From NCBI RefSeq assembly GCF_963921235.1, contig NC_086097.1:139316001-139380000 (forward strand): a DNA stretch of 64,000 nt, given 5' to 3'. Source of the stretch: Mobula hypostoma (Eukaryota). The first letter of the stretch is position 1, and each line of letters opens with the position of its first letter. The notes beneath the pieces were generated by a model. It made no database searches. It was not told the origin of the DNA and saw nothing but the letters and a program-made list of their open reading frames with translations. The position numbers were made by a program, and so were the translations under genes. Positions 40,201-55,200 of the stretch are shown piece by piece.

Positions 40201-43200
40201 TGGGATGCATGGTACTGAGGGAGTGTCAGACTGTGGGATGGTCGATACTGAGAGATTGTCACACTATAGGATGGAGAGTACTGAGGGAGTGTCACACTGC
40301 GGGACGGAGAGTACGGACGGAGTGTCACACTGCAGGATGGACGGTACTGAGGGAGTGTCACACTGCGGGATGGACAGTACTGAGGGAGTGTCACACTGCG
40401 GGATGGACGGTACTGAGGGAGTGTCACACTGTGGGATGGACAGTACTGAGGGAGTGTCACACTGCGGGATGGACGGTACTGAGGGAGTGTCACACTGCGG
40501 GATGGACAGTACTGAGGGAGTGTCACACTGCGGGATGGACGATACTGAGTGAGTGTCACACTGCGTAATGGACGGTACTGAGGGAGTGTCACACTGCGGG
40601 ATGGACGGTACTGAGGGAGTGTCACACTGCGGGATGGACGGTACTGAGGGAGTGTCACACTGCGGGATGGACGGTACTGAGGGAGTGTCACACTGCGGGA
40701 TGGTCGGTACTGAGGGAGTGTCACACTGCGGGATGGAGAGTACTGAGGGAGTGTCACACTGCGGGATGGACGGTACTGAGGGAGAGTCACACTGCGGGAT
40801 GGACAGTACTGAGGGAGTGTCACACTGCGGGATGGAGAGTACTGAGGGAGTGTCACACTGCGGGATGGACGGTACTGAGGGAGTGTCACACTGCGGGATG
40901 GACGGTACTGAGGGAGTGTCACACTGCGGGATGGACGGTACTGAGGGAGTGTCACACTGTGGGATGGAGGGTACTGAGGGAGTGTCACACTGCGGGATGG
41001 ACGGTACTGAGGGAGTGTCACACTGCGGGATGGACGGTACTGAGTGAGTGTCACACTGCGGGATGGACGGTACTGAGGGAGTGTCACACTGCGGGATGGA
41101 CGGTACTGAGGGAGTGTCACACTGCGGGATGGACGGTACTGAGGGAGTGTCACACTGCGGGATGGACGGTACTGAGGGAGTGTCACACTGCGGGATGGAC
41201 GGTACTGAGGGAGTGTCACACTGTGGGATGGACGGTACTGAGGGAGTGTCACACTGTGGGATGGACGGTACTGAGGGAGTGTCACACTGTGGGATGGTCG
41301 GTACTGAGGGAGTGTCACACTGTGGGATGGAGAGTACAGAGGGAGTGTCACACTGCGGGATGGACAGTACTGAGGGAGTGTCAGACTGTGGGATGGTTGG
41401 TACTGAGGGAGTGTCAGACTGTGGGATGGATGGTACTGAGGGAGTGTCAGACTGTGGGATGGTCGGTACTGAGAGATTGTCACACTATAGGATGGAGAGT
41501 ACTCAGGGAGTGTCACACTGCGGGATGGACAGTACAGAGGGAGTGTCACACTGCGGGATGGACGGTACTGAGGGAGTGTCAGACTGTGGGATGGTCGGTA
41601 CTGAGGGAGTGTCACACTGTGGGATGGACGGTACTGAGGGAGTGTCAGACTGCGGGATGGACGGTACTGAGGGAGTGTCACACTGCGGGATGGACGGTAC
41701 TGAGGGAGTGTCACACTGCGGGATGGACGGTACTGAGGGAGTGTCACACTGCGGGATGGACGGTACTGAGGGAGTGTCACACTGCGGGATGGAGAGTACT
41801 GAGGGAGTGTCACACTGCGGGATGGACGGTACTGAGGGAGTGTCACACTGCGGGATGGACAGTACTGAGGGAGTGTCACACTGCGGGATGGACGGTACTG
41901 AGGGAGTGTCACACTGCGGGATGGACAGTACTGAGGGAGTGTCACACTGCGGGATGGAGAGTACTGAGGGAGTGTCACACTGCGGGATGGACGGTACTGA
42001 GGGAGTGTCACACTGCGGGATGGACGGTACTGAGGGAGTGTCACACTGCGGGATGGACGGTACTGAGGGAGTGTCACACTGTGGGATGGAGAGTACTGAG
42101 GGAGTGTCACACTGCGGGATGGACGGTACTGAGGGAGTGTCACACTGTGGGATGGACGGTACTGAGGGAGTGTCACACTGTGGGATGGACGGTACTGAGG
42201 GAGTGTCACACTGCGGGATGGACGGTACTGAGGGAGTGTCACACTGCGGGATGGACGGTACTGAGGGAGTGTCACACTGTGGGATGGACGGTACTGAGGG
42301 AGTGTCACACTGTGGGATGGACGGTACTGAGGGAGTGTCACACTGTGGGATGGACGGTACTGAGGGAGTGTCACACTGTGGGATGGAGAGTACTGAGGGA
42401 GTGTCACACTGTGGGATGGACAGTACTGAGGGAGTGTCAGACTGTGGGATGGTTGGTACTGAGGGAGTGTCAGACTGTGGGATGGATGGTACTGAGGGAG
42501 TGTCAGACTGTGGGATGGTCGGTACTGAGAGATTGTCACACTATAGGATGGAGAGTACTCAGGGAGTGTCACACTGCGGGATGGACAGTACAGAGGGAGT
42601 GTCACACTGCGGGATGGACGGTACTGAGGGAGTGTCAGACTGTGGGATGGTCGGTACTGAGGGAGTGTCACACTGTGGGATGGACGGTACTGAGGGAGTG
42701 TCAGACTGCGGGATGGTCGGTACTGAGGGAGTGTCACACTGCGGGATGGACGGTACTGAGGGAGTGTCACACTGCGGGACGGAGGGTACTGAGGGAGTGT
42801 CACACTGCGGGACGGAGAGTACTGAGGGAGTGTCACACTGCGGGACGGAGAGTACGGACGGAGTGTCACACTGCGGGATGGACGGTACTGAGGGAGTGTC
42901 ACACTGTGGGATGGAGAGTACTGAGGGAGTGTCACACTGCGGGATGGACGGTACTGAGGGAGTGTCACACTGCGGGATGGAGAGTACTGAGGGAGTGTCA
43001 CACTGCGGGATGGACAGTACTGAGGGAGTGTCACACTGCGGGATGGACAGTACTGAGGGAGTGTCACACTGCGGGATGGACAATACTGAGTGAGTGTCAC
43101 ACTGTGGGATGGACGGTACTGAGGGAGTGTCACACTGCGGGATGGACAGTACTGAGGGAGTGTCACACTGCGGGATGGACGGTACTGAGGGAGTGTCACA

Positions 43201-46200
43201 CTGCGGGATGGACGGTACTGAGGGAGTGTCACACTGCGGGATGGACGGTACTGAGGGAGTGTCACACTGCGGGATGGACGGTACTGAGGGAGTGTCACAC
43301 TGGGGGATGGAGAGTACTGAGGGAGTGTCACACTGCGGGATGGACGTTACTGAGGGAGTGTCACACTGCGGGATGTACGGTACTGAGTGAGTGTCACACT
43401 GCGGGATGGACGGTACTGAGGGAGTGTCACACTGCGGGATGGACGGTACTGAGGGAGTGTCACACTGTGGGATGGACGGTACTGAGGGAGTGTCACACTG
43501 CGGGATGGACGGTACTGAGGGAGTGTCACACTGCGGGATGGACGGTACTGAGGGAGTGTCACACTGTGGGATGGACGGTACTGAGGGAGTGTCACACTGT
43601 GGGATGGACAGTACTGAGGGAGTGTCACACTGTGGGATGGACTGTACTGAGGGAGTGTCACACTGCGGGATGGACAGTACTGAGGGAGTGTCACACTGCG
43701 GGATGGACGGTACTGAGGGAGTGTCACACTGCGGGATGGACAGTACTGAGGGAGTGTCAGACTGTGGGATGGTTGGTACTGAGGGAGTGTCAGACTGTGG
43801 GATGGATGGTACTGAGGGAGTGTCAGACTGTGGGATGGTCGGTACTGAGAGATTGTCACACTATAGGATGGAGAGTACTGAGGGAGTGTCACACTGCGGG
43901 ACGGAGAGTACGGACGGCGTGTCACACTGCGGGATGGACGGTACTGAGGGAGTGTCACACTGTGGGATGGACAGTACTGAGGGAGTGTCACACTGTGGGA
44001 TGGACGGTACTGAGGGAGTGTCACACTGCGGGATGGAGAGTACTGAGGGAGTGTCACACTGCGGGATGGACGGTACTGAGGGAGTGTCACACTGCGGGAT
44101 GGACAGTACTGAGGGAGTGTCACACTGCGGGATGGACGATACTGGAGTGAGTGTCACACTGCGTAATGGACGGTACTGAGGGAGTGTCACACTGCGGGAT
44201 GGACGGTACTGAGGGAGTGTCACACTGCGGGATGGACGGTACTGAGGGAGTGTCACACTGCGGGATGGACGGTACTGAGGGAGTGTCACACTGTGGGATG
44301 GACAGTACTGAGGGAGTGTCACACTGTGGGATGGAGGGTACTGAGGGAGTGTCACACTGCGGGATGGACGGTACTGAGGGAGTGTCACACTGCGGGATGG
44401 ACGGTACTGAGGGAGTGTCACACTGCGGGATGGACGGTACTGAGGGAGTGTCACACTGCGGGATGGACGGTACTGAGGGAGTGTCACACTGCGGGATGGA
44501 CGGTACTGAGGGAGTGTCACACTGCGGGATGGACGGTACTGAGGGAGTGTCACACTGTGGGATGGACGGTACTGAGGGAGTGTCACACTGCGGGATGGAC
44601 GGTACTGAGGGAGTGTCACACTGTGGGATGGACAGTACTGATGGAGTGTCACACTGTGGGATAGACGGTACTGAGGGAGTGTCACACTGTGGGATGGTCG
44701 GTACTGAGGGAGTGTCACACTGTGGGATGGAGAGTACAGAGGGAGTGTCACACTGCGGGATGGACAGTACTGAGGGAGTGTCAGACTGTGGGATGGTTGG
44801 TACTGAGGGAGTGTCAGACTGTGGGATGGATGGTACTGAGGGAGTGTCAGACTGTGGGATGGTCGGTACTGAGAGATTGTCACACTATAGGATGGAGAGT
44901 ACTCAGGGAGTGTCACACTGCGGGATGGACAGTACAGAGGGAGTGTCACACTGCGGGATGGACGGTACTGAGGGAGTGTCAGACTGTGGGATGGTCGGTA
45001 CTGAGGGAGTGTCACACTGCGGGATGGACAGTACTGAGGGAGTGTCACACTGCGGGATGGACGGTACTGAGTGAGTGTCACACTGCGGGATGGACGGTAC
45101 TGAGGGAGTGTCACACTGGGGGATGGAGAGTACTGAGGGAGTGTCACACTGCGGGATGGACGGTACTGAGGGAGTGTCACACTGCGGGATGGACAGTACT
45201 GAGGGAGTGTCACACTGCGGGATGGACAGTACTGAGGGAGTGTCACACTGCGGGATGGACGGTACTGAGGGAGTGTCACACTGCGGGATGGACGGTACTG
45301 AGGGAGAGTCACACTGCGGGATGGACAGTACTGAGGGAGTGTCACACTGCGGGATGGAGAGTACTGAGGGAGTGTCACACTGCGGGATGGACGGTACTGA
45401 GGGAGTGTCACACTGCGGGATGGACAGTACTGAGGGAGTGTCACACTGCGGGATGGACGGTACTGAGGGAGTGTCACACTGAGGGATGGACGGTACTGAG
45501 GGAGTGTCACACTGTGGGATGGACGGTACTGAGGGAGTGTCACACTGTGGGATGGACGGTACTGAGGGAGTGTCACACTGCGGGATGGACGGTACTGAGG
45601 GAGTGTCACACTGCGGGATGGACGGTACTGATGGAGTGTCACACTGCGGGATGGTCGGTACTGAGGGAGTGTCACACTGTGGGATGGACAATACTGATGG
45701 AGTGTCACATTGTGGGATAGACGGTACTGAGGGAGTGTCACACTGCGGGATGGTCGGTACTGAGGGAGTGTCACACTGTGGGATGGAGAGTACAGAGGGA
45801 GTGTCACACTGCGGGATGGACAGTACTGAGGGAGTGTTAGACTGTGGGATGGTTGGTACTGAGGGAGTGTCAGACTGTGGGATGGATGGTACTGAGGGAG
45901 TGTCAGACTGTGGGATGGTCGGTACTGAGAGATTGTCACACTATAGGATGGAGAGTACTCAGGGAGTGTCACACTGCGGGATGGACAGTACAGAGGGAGT
46001 GTCACACTGCGGGATGGACGGTACTGAGGGAGTGTCAGACTGTGGGATGGTCGGTACTGAGGGAGTGTCACACTGCGGGATGGACAGTACTGGGGAGTGT
46101 CACACTGTGGGAGGGACAGTACTGAGGCTGTGTCACATTGTGGGATGGACAGTACTGAGGGTGTGTCAGACTGCGGGAGAGACAGTACTGAGGGAGTATC

Positions 46201-49200
46201 ACACTGTGGGATGGACGGAACTGAGTGAGTGTCACACTGTGGGATGGACAGTACTGAGGGAGTGTCACACTGTGGGATGGACAGTACTGAGGGAGTGTCA
46301 CACTGTGGGATGGACAGTACTGAGGGAGTGTCACACTGCGGGATGGACGGTACTGAGGGAGTGTCACACTGTGGGATGGACGGTACTGAGGGAGTGTCAC
46401 ACTGCGGGATGGACGGTACTGAGGGAGTGTCACACTGTGGGATGGACGGTACTGAGGGAGTGTCACACTGTGGGATGGACGGTACTGAGGGAGTGTCACA
46501 CTGTGGGATGGACGGTACTGAGGGAGTGTCACACTGTGGGATGGACAGTACTGAGGGAGTGTCACACTGTGGGATGGACGGTACTGAGGGAGTGTCACAC
46601 TGTGGGATGGACAGTACTGAGAGAGTGTCACACTGTGGGATGGACAGTACTGAGGGAGTGTCACACTGCGGGATGGACAGTACTGAGGGAGTGTCAGACT
46701 GTGGGATGGTTGGTTCTGAGGGAGTGTCAGACTGTGGGATTGTCGGTACTGAGAGATTGTCAACACTATAGGATGGAGAGTACTCAGGGAGTGTCACACT
46801 GCAGGATGGACAGTACAGAGGGAGTGTCACACTGCGGGATGGACGGTACTGAGGGAGTGTCAGACTGTGGGATGGACGGTACTGAGGGAGTGTCACACTG
46901 TGGGATGGACGGTACTGAGGGAGTGTCACACTGCGGGATGGACGGTACTGAGGGAGTGTCACACTGCGGGATGGACAGTACTGAGGGAGTGTCACACTGT
47001 GGGATGGACGGTACTGAGTGAGTGTCACACTGCGGGATGGACGTTACTGAGGGAGTGTCACACTGCGGGATGGACAGTACTGAGGGAGTGTCACACTGCG
47101 GGATGGACGGTACTGAGGGAGTGTCACACTGTGGGATGGACAGTACTGAGGGAGTGTCACACTGTGGGATGGACAGTACTGAGGGAGTGTCACACTGTGG
47201 GATGGACGGTACTGAGGGAGTGTCACACTGCGGGATGGACGGTACTGAGGGAGTGTCACACTGTGGGATGGACAGTACTGAGGGAGTGTCACACTGTGGG
47301 ATGGACAGTACTGAGGGAGTGTCACACTGTGGGATGGACGGTACTGAGGGAGTGTCACACTGTGGGATGGACAGTACTGAGGGAGTGTCACACTGTGGGA
47401 TGGACGGTACTGAGGGAGTGTCACACTGTGGGATGGACGGTACTGAGGGAGTGTCACACTGTGGGATGGACGGTACTGAGGGAGTGTCACACTGTGGGAT
47501 GGACGGTACTGAGGGAGTGTCACACTGTGGGATGGACAGTACTGAGGGAGTGTCACACTGTGGGATGGACAGTACTGAGGGAGTGTCAGACTGTGGGATG
47601 GTTGGTACTGAGGGAGTGTCAGACTGTGGGATGGATGGTACTGAGGGAGTGTCAGACTGTGGGATGGTCGGTACTGAGAGATTGTCACACTATAGGATGG
47701 AGAGTACTCAGGGAGTGTCACACTGTGGGATGGACAGTACAGAGGGAGTGTCACACTGTGGGATGGACGGTACTGAGGGAGTGTCAGACTGTGGGATGGA
47801 CGGTACTGAGGGAGTGTCACACTGTGGGATGGACAGTACTGAGGGAGTGTCAGACTGCGGGAGAGACAGTACTGAGGGAGTATCACACTGTGGGATGGAC
47901 GGAACTGAGTGAGTGTCAGACTGTGGGATGGACGGTACTGAGGGAGTGTCACACTGTGGGATGGACGGTACTGAGGGAGTGTCACACTGTGGGATGGAGA
48001 GTACTGAGGGAGTGTCACACTGTGGGATGGACGGTACTGAGAGAGTGTCACACTGTGGGATGGACAGTACTGAGGGAGTGTCACACTGTGGGATGGACAG
48101 TACTGAGGGAGTGTCACACTGTGGGATGGACGGTACTGAGGGAGTGTCACACTGCGGGATGGACGGTACTGAGGGAGTGTCACACTGTGGGATGGACGGT
48201 ACTGAGGGAGTGTCACACTGTGGGATGGACAGTACTGAGGGAGTGTCACACTGTGGGATGGACGGTACTGAGGGAGTGTCACACTGTGGGATGGACGGTA
48301 CTGAGGGAGTGTCACACTGTGGGATGGACGGTACTGAGGGAGTGTCACACTGTGGGATGGACGGTACTGAGGGAGTGTCACACTGTGGGATGGACGGTAC
48401 TGAGGGAGTGTCACACTGTGGGATGGACGGTACTGAGGGAGTGTCACACTGTGGGATGGACAGTACTGAGGGAGTGTCACACTGTGGGATGGACGGTACT
48501 GAGGGAGTGTCACACTGTGGGATGGACGGTACTGAGGGAGTGTCACACTGTGGGATGGAGAGTACAGAGGGCTGCGGGATGGACGGTACTGAGGGAGTGT
48601 CACACTGCGGGATGGACAGTACTGAGGGAGTGTCACACTGTGGGATGGACGGTACTGAGGGAGTGTCACACTGCGGGATGGACAGTACTGAGGGAGTGTC
48701 AGACTGTGGGATGGTCGGTACTGAGAGATTGTCACACTATAGGATGGAGAGTACTGAGGGAGTGTCACACTGCGGGATGGACAGTACTGAGGGAGTGTCA
48801 CACTGCGGGATGGACGGTACTGAGGGAGTGTCACACTGTGGGATGGACGGTACTGAGGGAGTGTCACACTGTGGGATGGACAGTACTGAGGGAGTGTCAC
48901 ACTGTGGGATGGACGGTACTGAGGGAGTGTCACACTGTGGGATGGACAGTACTGAGGGAGTGTCACACTGTGGGATGGACAATACTGAGTGAGTGTCACA
49001 CTGTGGGATGGACACTACTGAGGGAGTGTCACACTGTGGGATGGACGGTACTGAGGGAGTGTCACACTGTGGGATGGACGGTACTGAGGGAGTGTCACAC
49101 TGTGGGATGGACGGTACTGAGGGAGTGTCACACTGCGGGATGGACAGTACTGAGGGAGTGTCACACTGTGGGATGGACAGTACTGAGGGAGTGTCACACT

Positions 49201-52200
49201 GTGGGATGGACAGTACTGAGGGAGTGTCACACTGTGGGATGGACAGTACTGAGGGAGTGTCACACTGTGGGATGGACAGTACTGAGGGAGTGTCACACTG
49301 TGGGATGGACGGTACTGAGGGAGTGTCACACTGTGGGATGGACGGTACTGAGGGAGTGTCACACTGTGGGATGGACGGTACTGAGGGAGTGTCACACTGT
49401 GGGATGGACGGTACTGAGGGAGTGTCACACTGTGGGATGGTCGGTACTGAGGGAGTGTCACACTGTGGGATGGACGGTACTGAGGGAATGTCACACTGTG
49501 GGATGGATAGTACTGAGGGAGTGTCACACAGTTGGATGGACAGTAATGAGGGAGTGTCACACTGTGGGATGGACAGTACAGACGGAGTGTCACACTGTGG
49601 GATGGAATACTGAGGGAGAGTCACACTGTTGGATGGACAGTACTGATGGAGTGTCACACTGTGGGATGGACGGTACTGAGGGAGTGTCACACTGTGGGAT
49701 GGACAGTACTGAGGGAGTGTCAGACTGTGGGATGGGTACTGAGGGAGTGTCACACTGTGGGATGGACAGTACTGAGGGAGTGTCACACTGTGGGATGGAC
49801 AGTACTGAGGGAGTGTCACACTGTGGGATGGACGGTACTGAGGGAGTGTCACACTGTGGGATGGACGGTACTGAGGGAGTGTCACACTGTGGGATGGAGA
49901 GTACTGAGGGAGTGTCACACTGCGGGATGGACGGTACTGAGGGAGTGTCACACTGTGGGATGGACAGTACTGAGGGAGTGTCACACTGTGGGATGGACGA
50001 TACTGAGTGAGTGTCACACTGCGGGATGGACGGTACTGAGGGAGTGTCACACTGCGGGATGGACGGTACTGAGGGAGTGTCACACTGCGGGATGGACGGT
50101 ACTGAGGGAGTGTCACACTGTGGGATGGACGGTACTGAGGGAGTGTCACACTGTGGGATGGACGGTACTGAGGGAGTGTCACACTGCGGGATGGAGAGTA
50201 CTGAGGGAGTGTCACACTGTGGGATGGACGGTACTGAGGGAGAGTCACACTGCGGGATGGACAGTACTGAGGGAGTGTCACACTGCGGGATGGAGAGTAC
50301 TGAGGGAGTGTCACACTGCGGGATGGACGGTACTGAGGGAGTGTCACACTGTGGGATGGACGGTACTGAGGGAGAGTCACACTGTGGGATGGACAGTACT
50401 GAGGGAGTGTCACACTGTGGGATGGAGGGTACTGAGGGAGTGTCACACTGCGGGATGGACGGTACTGAGGGAGTGTCACACTGTGGGATGGACGGTACTG
50501 AGTGAGTGTCACACTGCGGGATGGACGGTACTGAGGGAGTGTCACACTGTGGGATGGACGGTACTGAGGGAGTGTCACACTGCGGGATGGACGGTACTGA
50601 GGGAGTGTCACACTGTGGGATGGACGGTACTGAGGGAGTGTCACACTGTGGGATAGACGGTACTGAGGGAGTGTCACACTGTGGGATGGTCGGTACTGAG
50701 GGAGTGTCACACTGTGGGATAGACGGTACTGAGGGAGTGTCACACTGTGGGATGGTCGGTACTGAGGGAGTGTCACACTGTGGGATGGAGAGTACAGAGG
50801 GAGTGTCACACTGCGGGATGGACAGTACTGAGGGAGTGTCAGACTGTGGGATGGTTGGTACTGAGGGAGTGTCAGACTGTGGGATGGATGGTACTGAGGG
50901 AGTGTCAGACTGTGGGATGGTCGGTACTGAGAGATTGTCACACTATAGGATGGAGAGTACTCAGGGAGTGTCACACTGCGGGATGGACAGTACAGAGGGA
51001 GTGTCACACTGTGGGATGGACGGTACTGAGGGAGTGTCAGACTGTGGGATGGTCGGTACTGAGGGAGTGTCACACTGTGGGATGGACGGTACTGAGGGAG
51101 TGTCAGACTGCGGGATGGACGGTACTGAGGGAGTGTCACACTGTGGGATGGACGGTACTGAGGGAGTGTCACACTGTGGGATGGACGGTACTGAGGGAGT
51201 GTCACACTGCGGGATGGACGGTACTGAGGGAGTGTCACACTGCGGGATGGACAGTACTGAGGGAGTGTCACACTGCGGGATGGACGGTACTGAGGGAGTG
51301 TCACACTGTGGGATGGACAGTACTGAGGGAGTGTCACACTGCGGGATGGACAGTACTGAGGGAGTGTCACACTGCGGGATGGACGGTACTGAGGGAGTGT
51401 CACACTGCGGGATGGACGGTACTGAGGGAGTGTCACACTGTGGGATGGACAGTACTGAGGGAGTGTCACACTGTGGGATGGACAGTACTGAGGGAGTGTC
51501 ACACTGTGGGATGGACGGTACTGAGGGAGTGTCACACTGTGGGATGGACGGTACTGAGGGAGTGTCACACTGTGGGATGGACGGTACTGAGGGAGTGTCA
51601 CACTGTGGGATGGACGGTACTGAGGGAGTGTCACACTGCGGGATGGACGGTACTGAGGGAGTGTCACACTGCGGGATGGACGGTACTGAGGGAGTGTCAC
51701 ACTGTGGGATGGACGGTACTGAGGGAGTGTCACACTGTGGGATGGACAATACTGAGTGAGTGTCACACTGTGGGATGGACAGTACTGAGGGAGTGTCACA
51801 CTGCGGGATGGACAGTACTGAGGGAGTGTCACACTGTGGGATGGAGAGTACAGAGGGAGTGTCACACTGTGGGATGGACAGTACTGAGGGAGTGTCACAC
51901 TGTGGGATGGATGGTACTGAGGGAGTGTCAGACTGTGGGATGGAGGTACTGAGGGAGTGTCAGACTGTGGGATGGACGTACTGAGGATGTGACACTATAG
52001 GATGGACAGTACTGAGGGAGTGTCACACTGTGGGATGGACAGTACTGAGGGAGTGTCACACTGTGGGATGGACGGTACTGAGGGAGTGTCAGACTGTGGG
52101 ATGGACGGTACTGAGGGAGTGTCACACTGTGGGATGGACAGTACTGAGGGAGTGTCACACTGTGGGATGGACGGTACTGAGGGAGTGTCACACTGTGGGA

Positions 52201-55200
52201 TGGACAGTACTGAGGGAGTGTCACACTGTGGGATGGACAGTACTGAGGGAGTGTCACACTGTGGGATGGACGGTACTGAGGGAGTGTCACACTGTGGGAT
52301 GGACGGTACTGAGGGAGTGTCACACTGTGGGATGGACAGTACTGAGGGAGTGTCACACTGTGGGATGGACAGTACTGAGGGAGTGTCACACTGTGGGATG
52401 GACGGTACTGAGGGAGTGTCACACTGTGGGATGGACGGTACTGAGGGAGTGTCACACTGTGGGATGGACGGTACTGAGGGAGTGTCACACTGTGGGATGG
52501 ACGGTACTGAGGGAGTGTCACACTGTGGGATGGACGGTACTGAGGGAGTGTCACACTGTGGGATGGACAGTACTGAGGGAGTGTCACACTGTGGGATGGA
52601 CAGTACTGAGGGAGTGTCACACTGTGGGATGGACGGTACTGAGGGAGTGTCACACTGTGGGATGGACAGTACTGAGGGAGTGTCAGACTGTGGGATGGAC
52701 GGTACTGAGAGATTGTCACACTATAGGATGGAGAGTACTCAGGGAGTGTCACACTGCGGGATGGACAGTACAGAGGGAGTGTCACACTGCGGGATGGACG
52801 GTACTGAGGGAGTGTCACACTGTGGGATGGACGGTACTGAGGGAGTGTCAGACTGTGGGATGGACGGTACTGAGGGGGTGTCAGACTGTGGGATGGACGG
52901 TACTGAGGGAGTGTCACACTGTGGGATGGACGGTACTGAGGGAGTGTCACACTGTGGGATGGACGGTACTGAGTGAGTGTCACACTGTGGGATGGACGGT
53001 ACTGAGGGAGTGTCACACTGTGGGATGGACAGTACTGAGGGAGTGTCACACTGTGGGATGGACGGTACTGAGGGAGTGTCACACTGTGGGATGGACAGTA
53101 CTGAGGGAGTGTCACACTGTGGGATGGACAGTACTGAGGGAGTGTCAGACTGCGGGATGGACGGTACTGAGGGAGTGTCACACTGTGGGATGGACGGTAC
53201 TGAGGGAGTGTCACACTGTGGGATGGACAGTACTGAGGGAGTGTCACACTGTGGGATGGACAGTACTGAGGGAGTGTCACACTGTGGGATGGACGGTACT
53301 GAGGGAGTGTCACACTGTGGGATGGACAGTACTGAGGGAGTGTCACACTGTGGGATGGACGGTACTGAGGGAGTGTCACACTGTGGGATGGACGGTACTG
53401 AGGGAGTGTCACACTGTGGGATGGACGGTACTGAGGGAGTGTCACACTGTGGGATGGACGGTACTGAGGGAGTGTCACACTGTGGGATGGACGGTACTGA
53501 GGGAGTGTCACACTGTGGGATGGATGGTACGGAGGGAGTGTCACACTGTGGGATGGACAATACTGAGTGAGTGTCACACTGTGGGATGGACAGTACTGAG
53601 GGAGTGTCACACTGTGGGATGGACGGTACTGAGGGAGTGTCACACTGTGGGATGGACAGTACTGAGGGAGTGTCACACTGTGGGATGGACAGTACTGAGG
53701 GAGTGTCACACTGTGGGATGGTTGGTACTGAGGGAGTGTCAGACTGTGGGATGGATGGTACTGAGGGAGTGTCAGACTGTGGGATGGACGGTACTGAGTG
53801 ATTGTCACACTAAAGGATGGAGAGTACTGAGGGAGTGTCACACTGCGGGATGGACAGTACTGAGGGAGTGTCACACTGTGGGATGGACGGTACTGAGGGA
53901 GTGTCAGACTGTGGGATGGACGGTACTGAGGGAGTGTCACACTGTGGGATGGACAGTACTGAGGGAGTGTCACACTGTGGGATGGACGGTACTGAGGGAG
54001 TGTCACACTGTGGGATGGACAGTACTGATGGAGTGTCACACTGTGGGATGGACAGTACTGAGGGGGTGTCACACTGTGGGATGGACGGTACTGAGGGAGT
54101 GTCACACTGTGGGATGGACGGTACTGAGGGAGTGTCACACTGTGGGATGGACAGTACTGAGGGAGTGTCACACTGTGGGATGGACAGTACTGAGCGAGTG
54201 TCACACTGTGGGATGGACGGTACTGAGGGAGTGTCACACTGTGGGATGGACGGTACTGAGGGAGTGTCACACTGTGGGATGGACGGTACTGAGGGAGTGT
54301 CACACTGTGGGATGGACGGTACTGAGGGAGTGTCATACTGTGGGATGGACGGTACTGAGGGAGTGTCACACTGTGGGATGGACGGTACTGAGGGAGTGTC
54401 ACACTGTGGGATGGACAGTACTGAGGGAGTGTCACACTGTGGGATGGACGGTACTGAGGGAGTGTCACACTGTGGGATGGACAGTACTGAGGGAGTGTCA
54501 CACTGTGGGATGGAGAGTACTGAGGGAGTGTCACACTGTGGGATGGACAGTACTGAGGGAGTGTCAGACTGTGGGATGGTTGGTACTGAGGGAGTGTCAG
54601 ACTGTGGGATGGAAGGTACTGAGGGAGTGTCAGACTGTGGGATGGTCAGTACTGAGGGAGTGTCACACTGTGGGATGGACAGTACTGAGGGAGTGTCACA
54701 CTGTGGGATGGACAGTACTGAGGGAGTGTCACACTGTGGGATGGACGGTACTGAGGGAGTGTCAGACTGTGGGATGGACGGTACTGAGGGAGTGTCAGAC
54801 TGTGGGATGGACGGTACTGAGGGAGTGTCAGACTGTGGGATGGACGGTACTGAGGGAGTGTCACACTGTGGGATGGACGGTACTGAGGGAGTGTCACACT
54901 GTGGGATGGACGGTACTGAGGGAGTGTCACACTGTGGGATGGACGTTACTGAGGGAGTGTCACACTGTGGGATGGAGAGTACTGAGTGAGTGTCACACTG
55001 CGGGATGGACGGTACTGAGGGAGTGTCACACTGCGGGATGGACAGTACTGAGGGAGTGTCACACTGTGGGATGGACGGTACTGAGGGAGTGTCACACTGT
55101 GGGATGGACAGTACTGAGGGAGTGTCACACTGTGGGATGGACAGTACTGAGGGAGTGTCACACTGTGGGATGGACGGTACTGAGGGAGTGTCACACTGTG

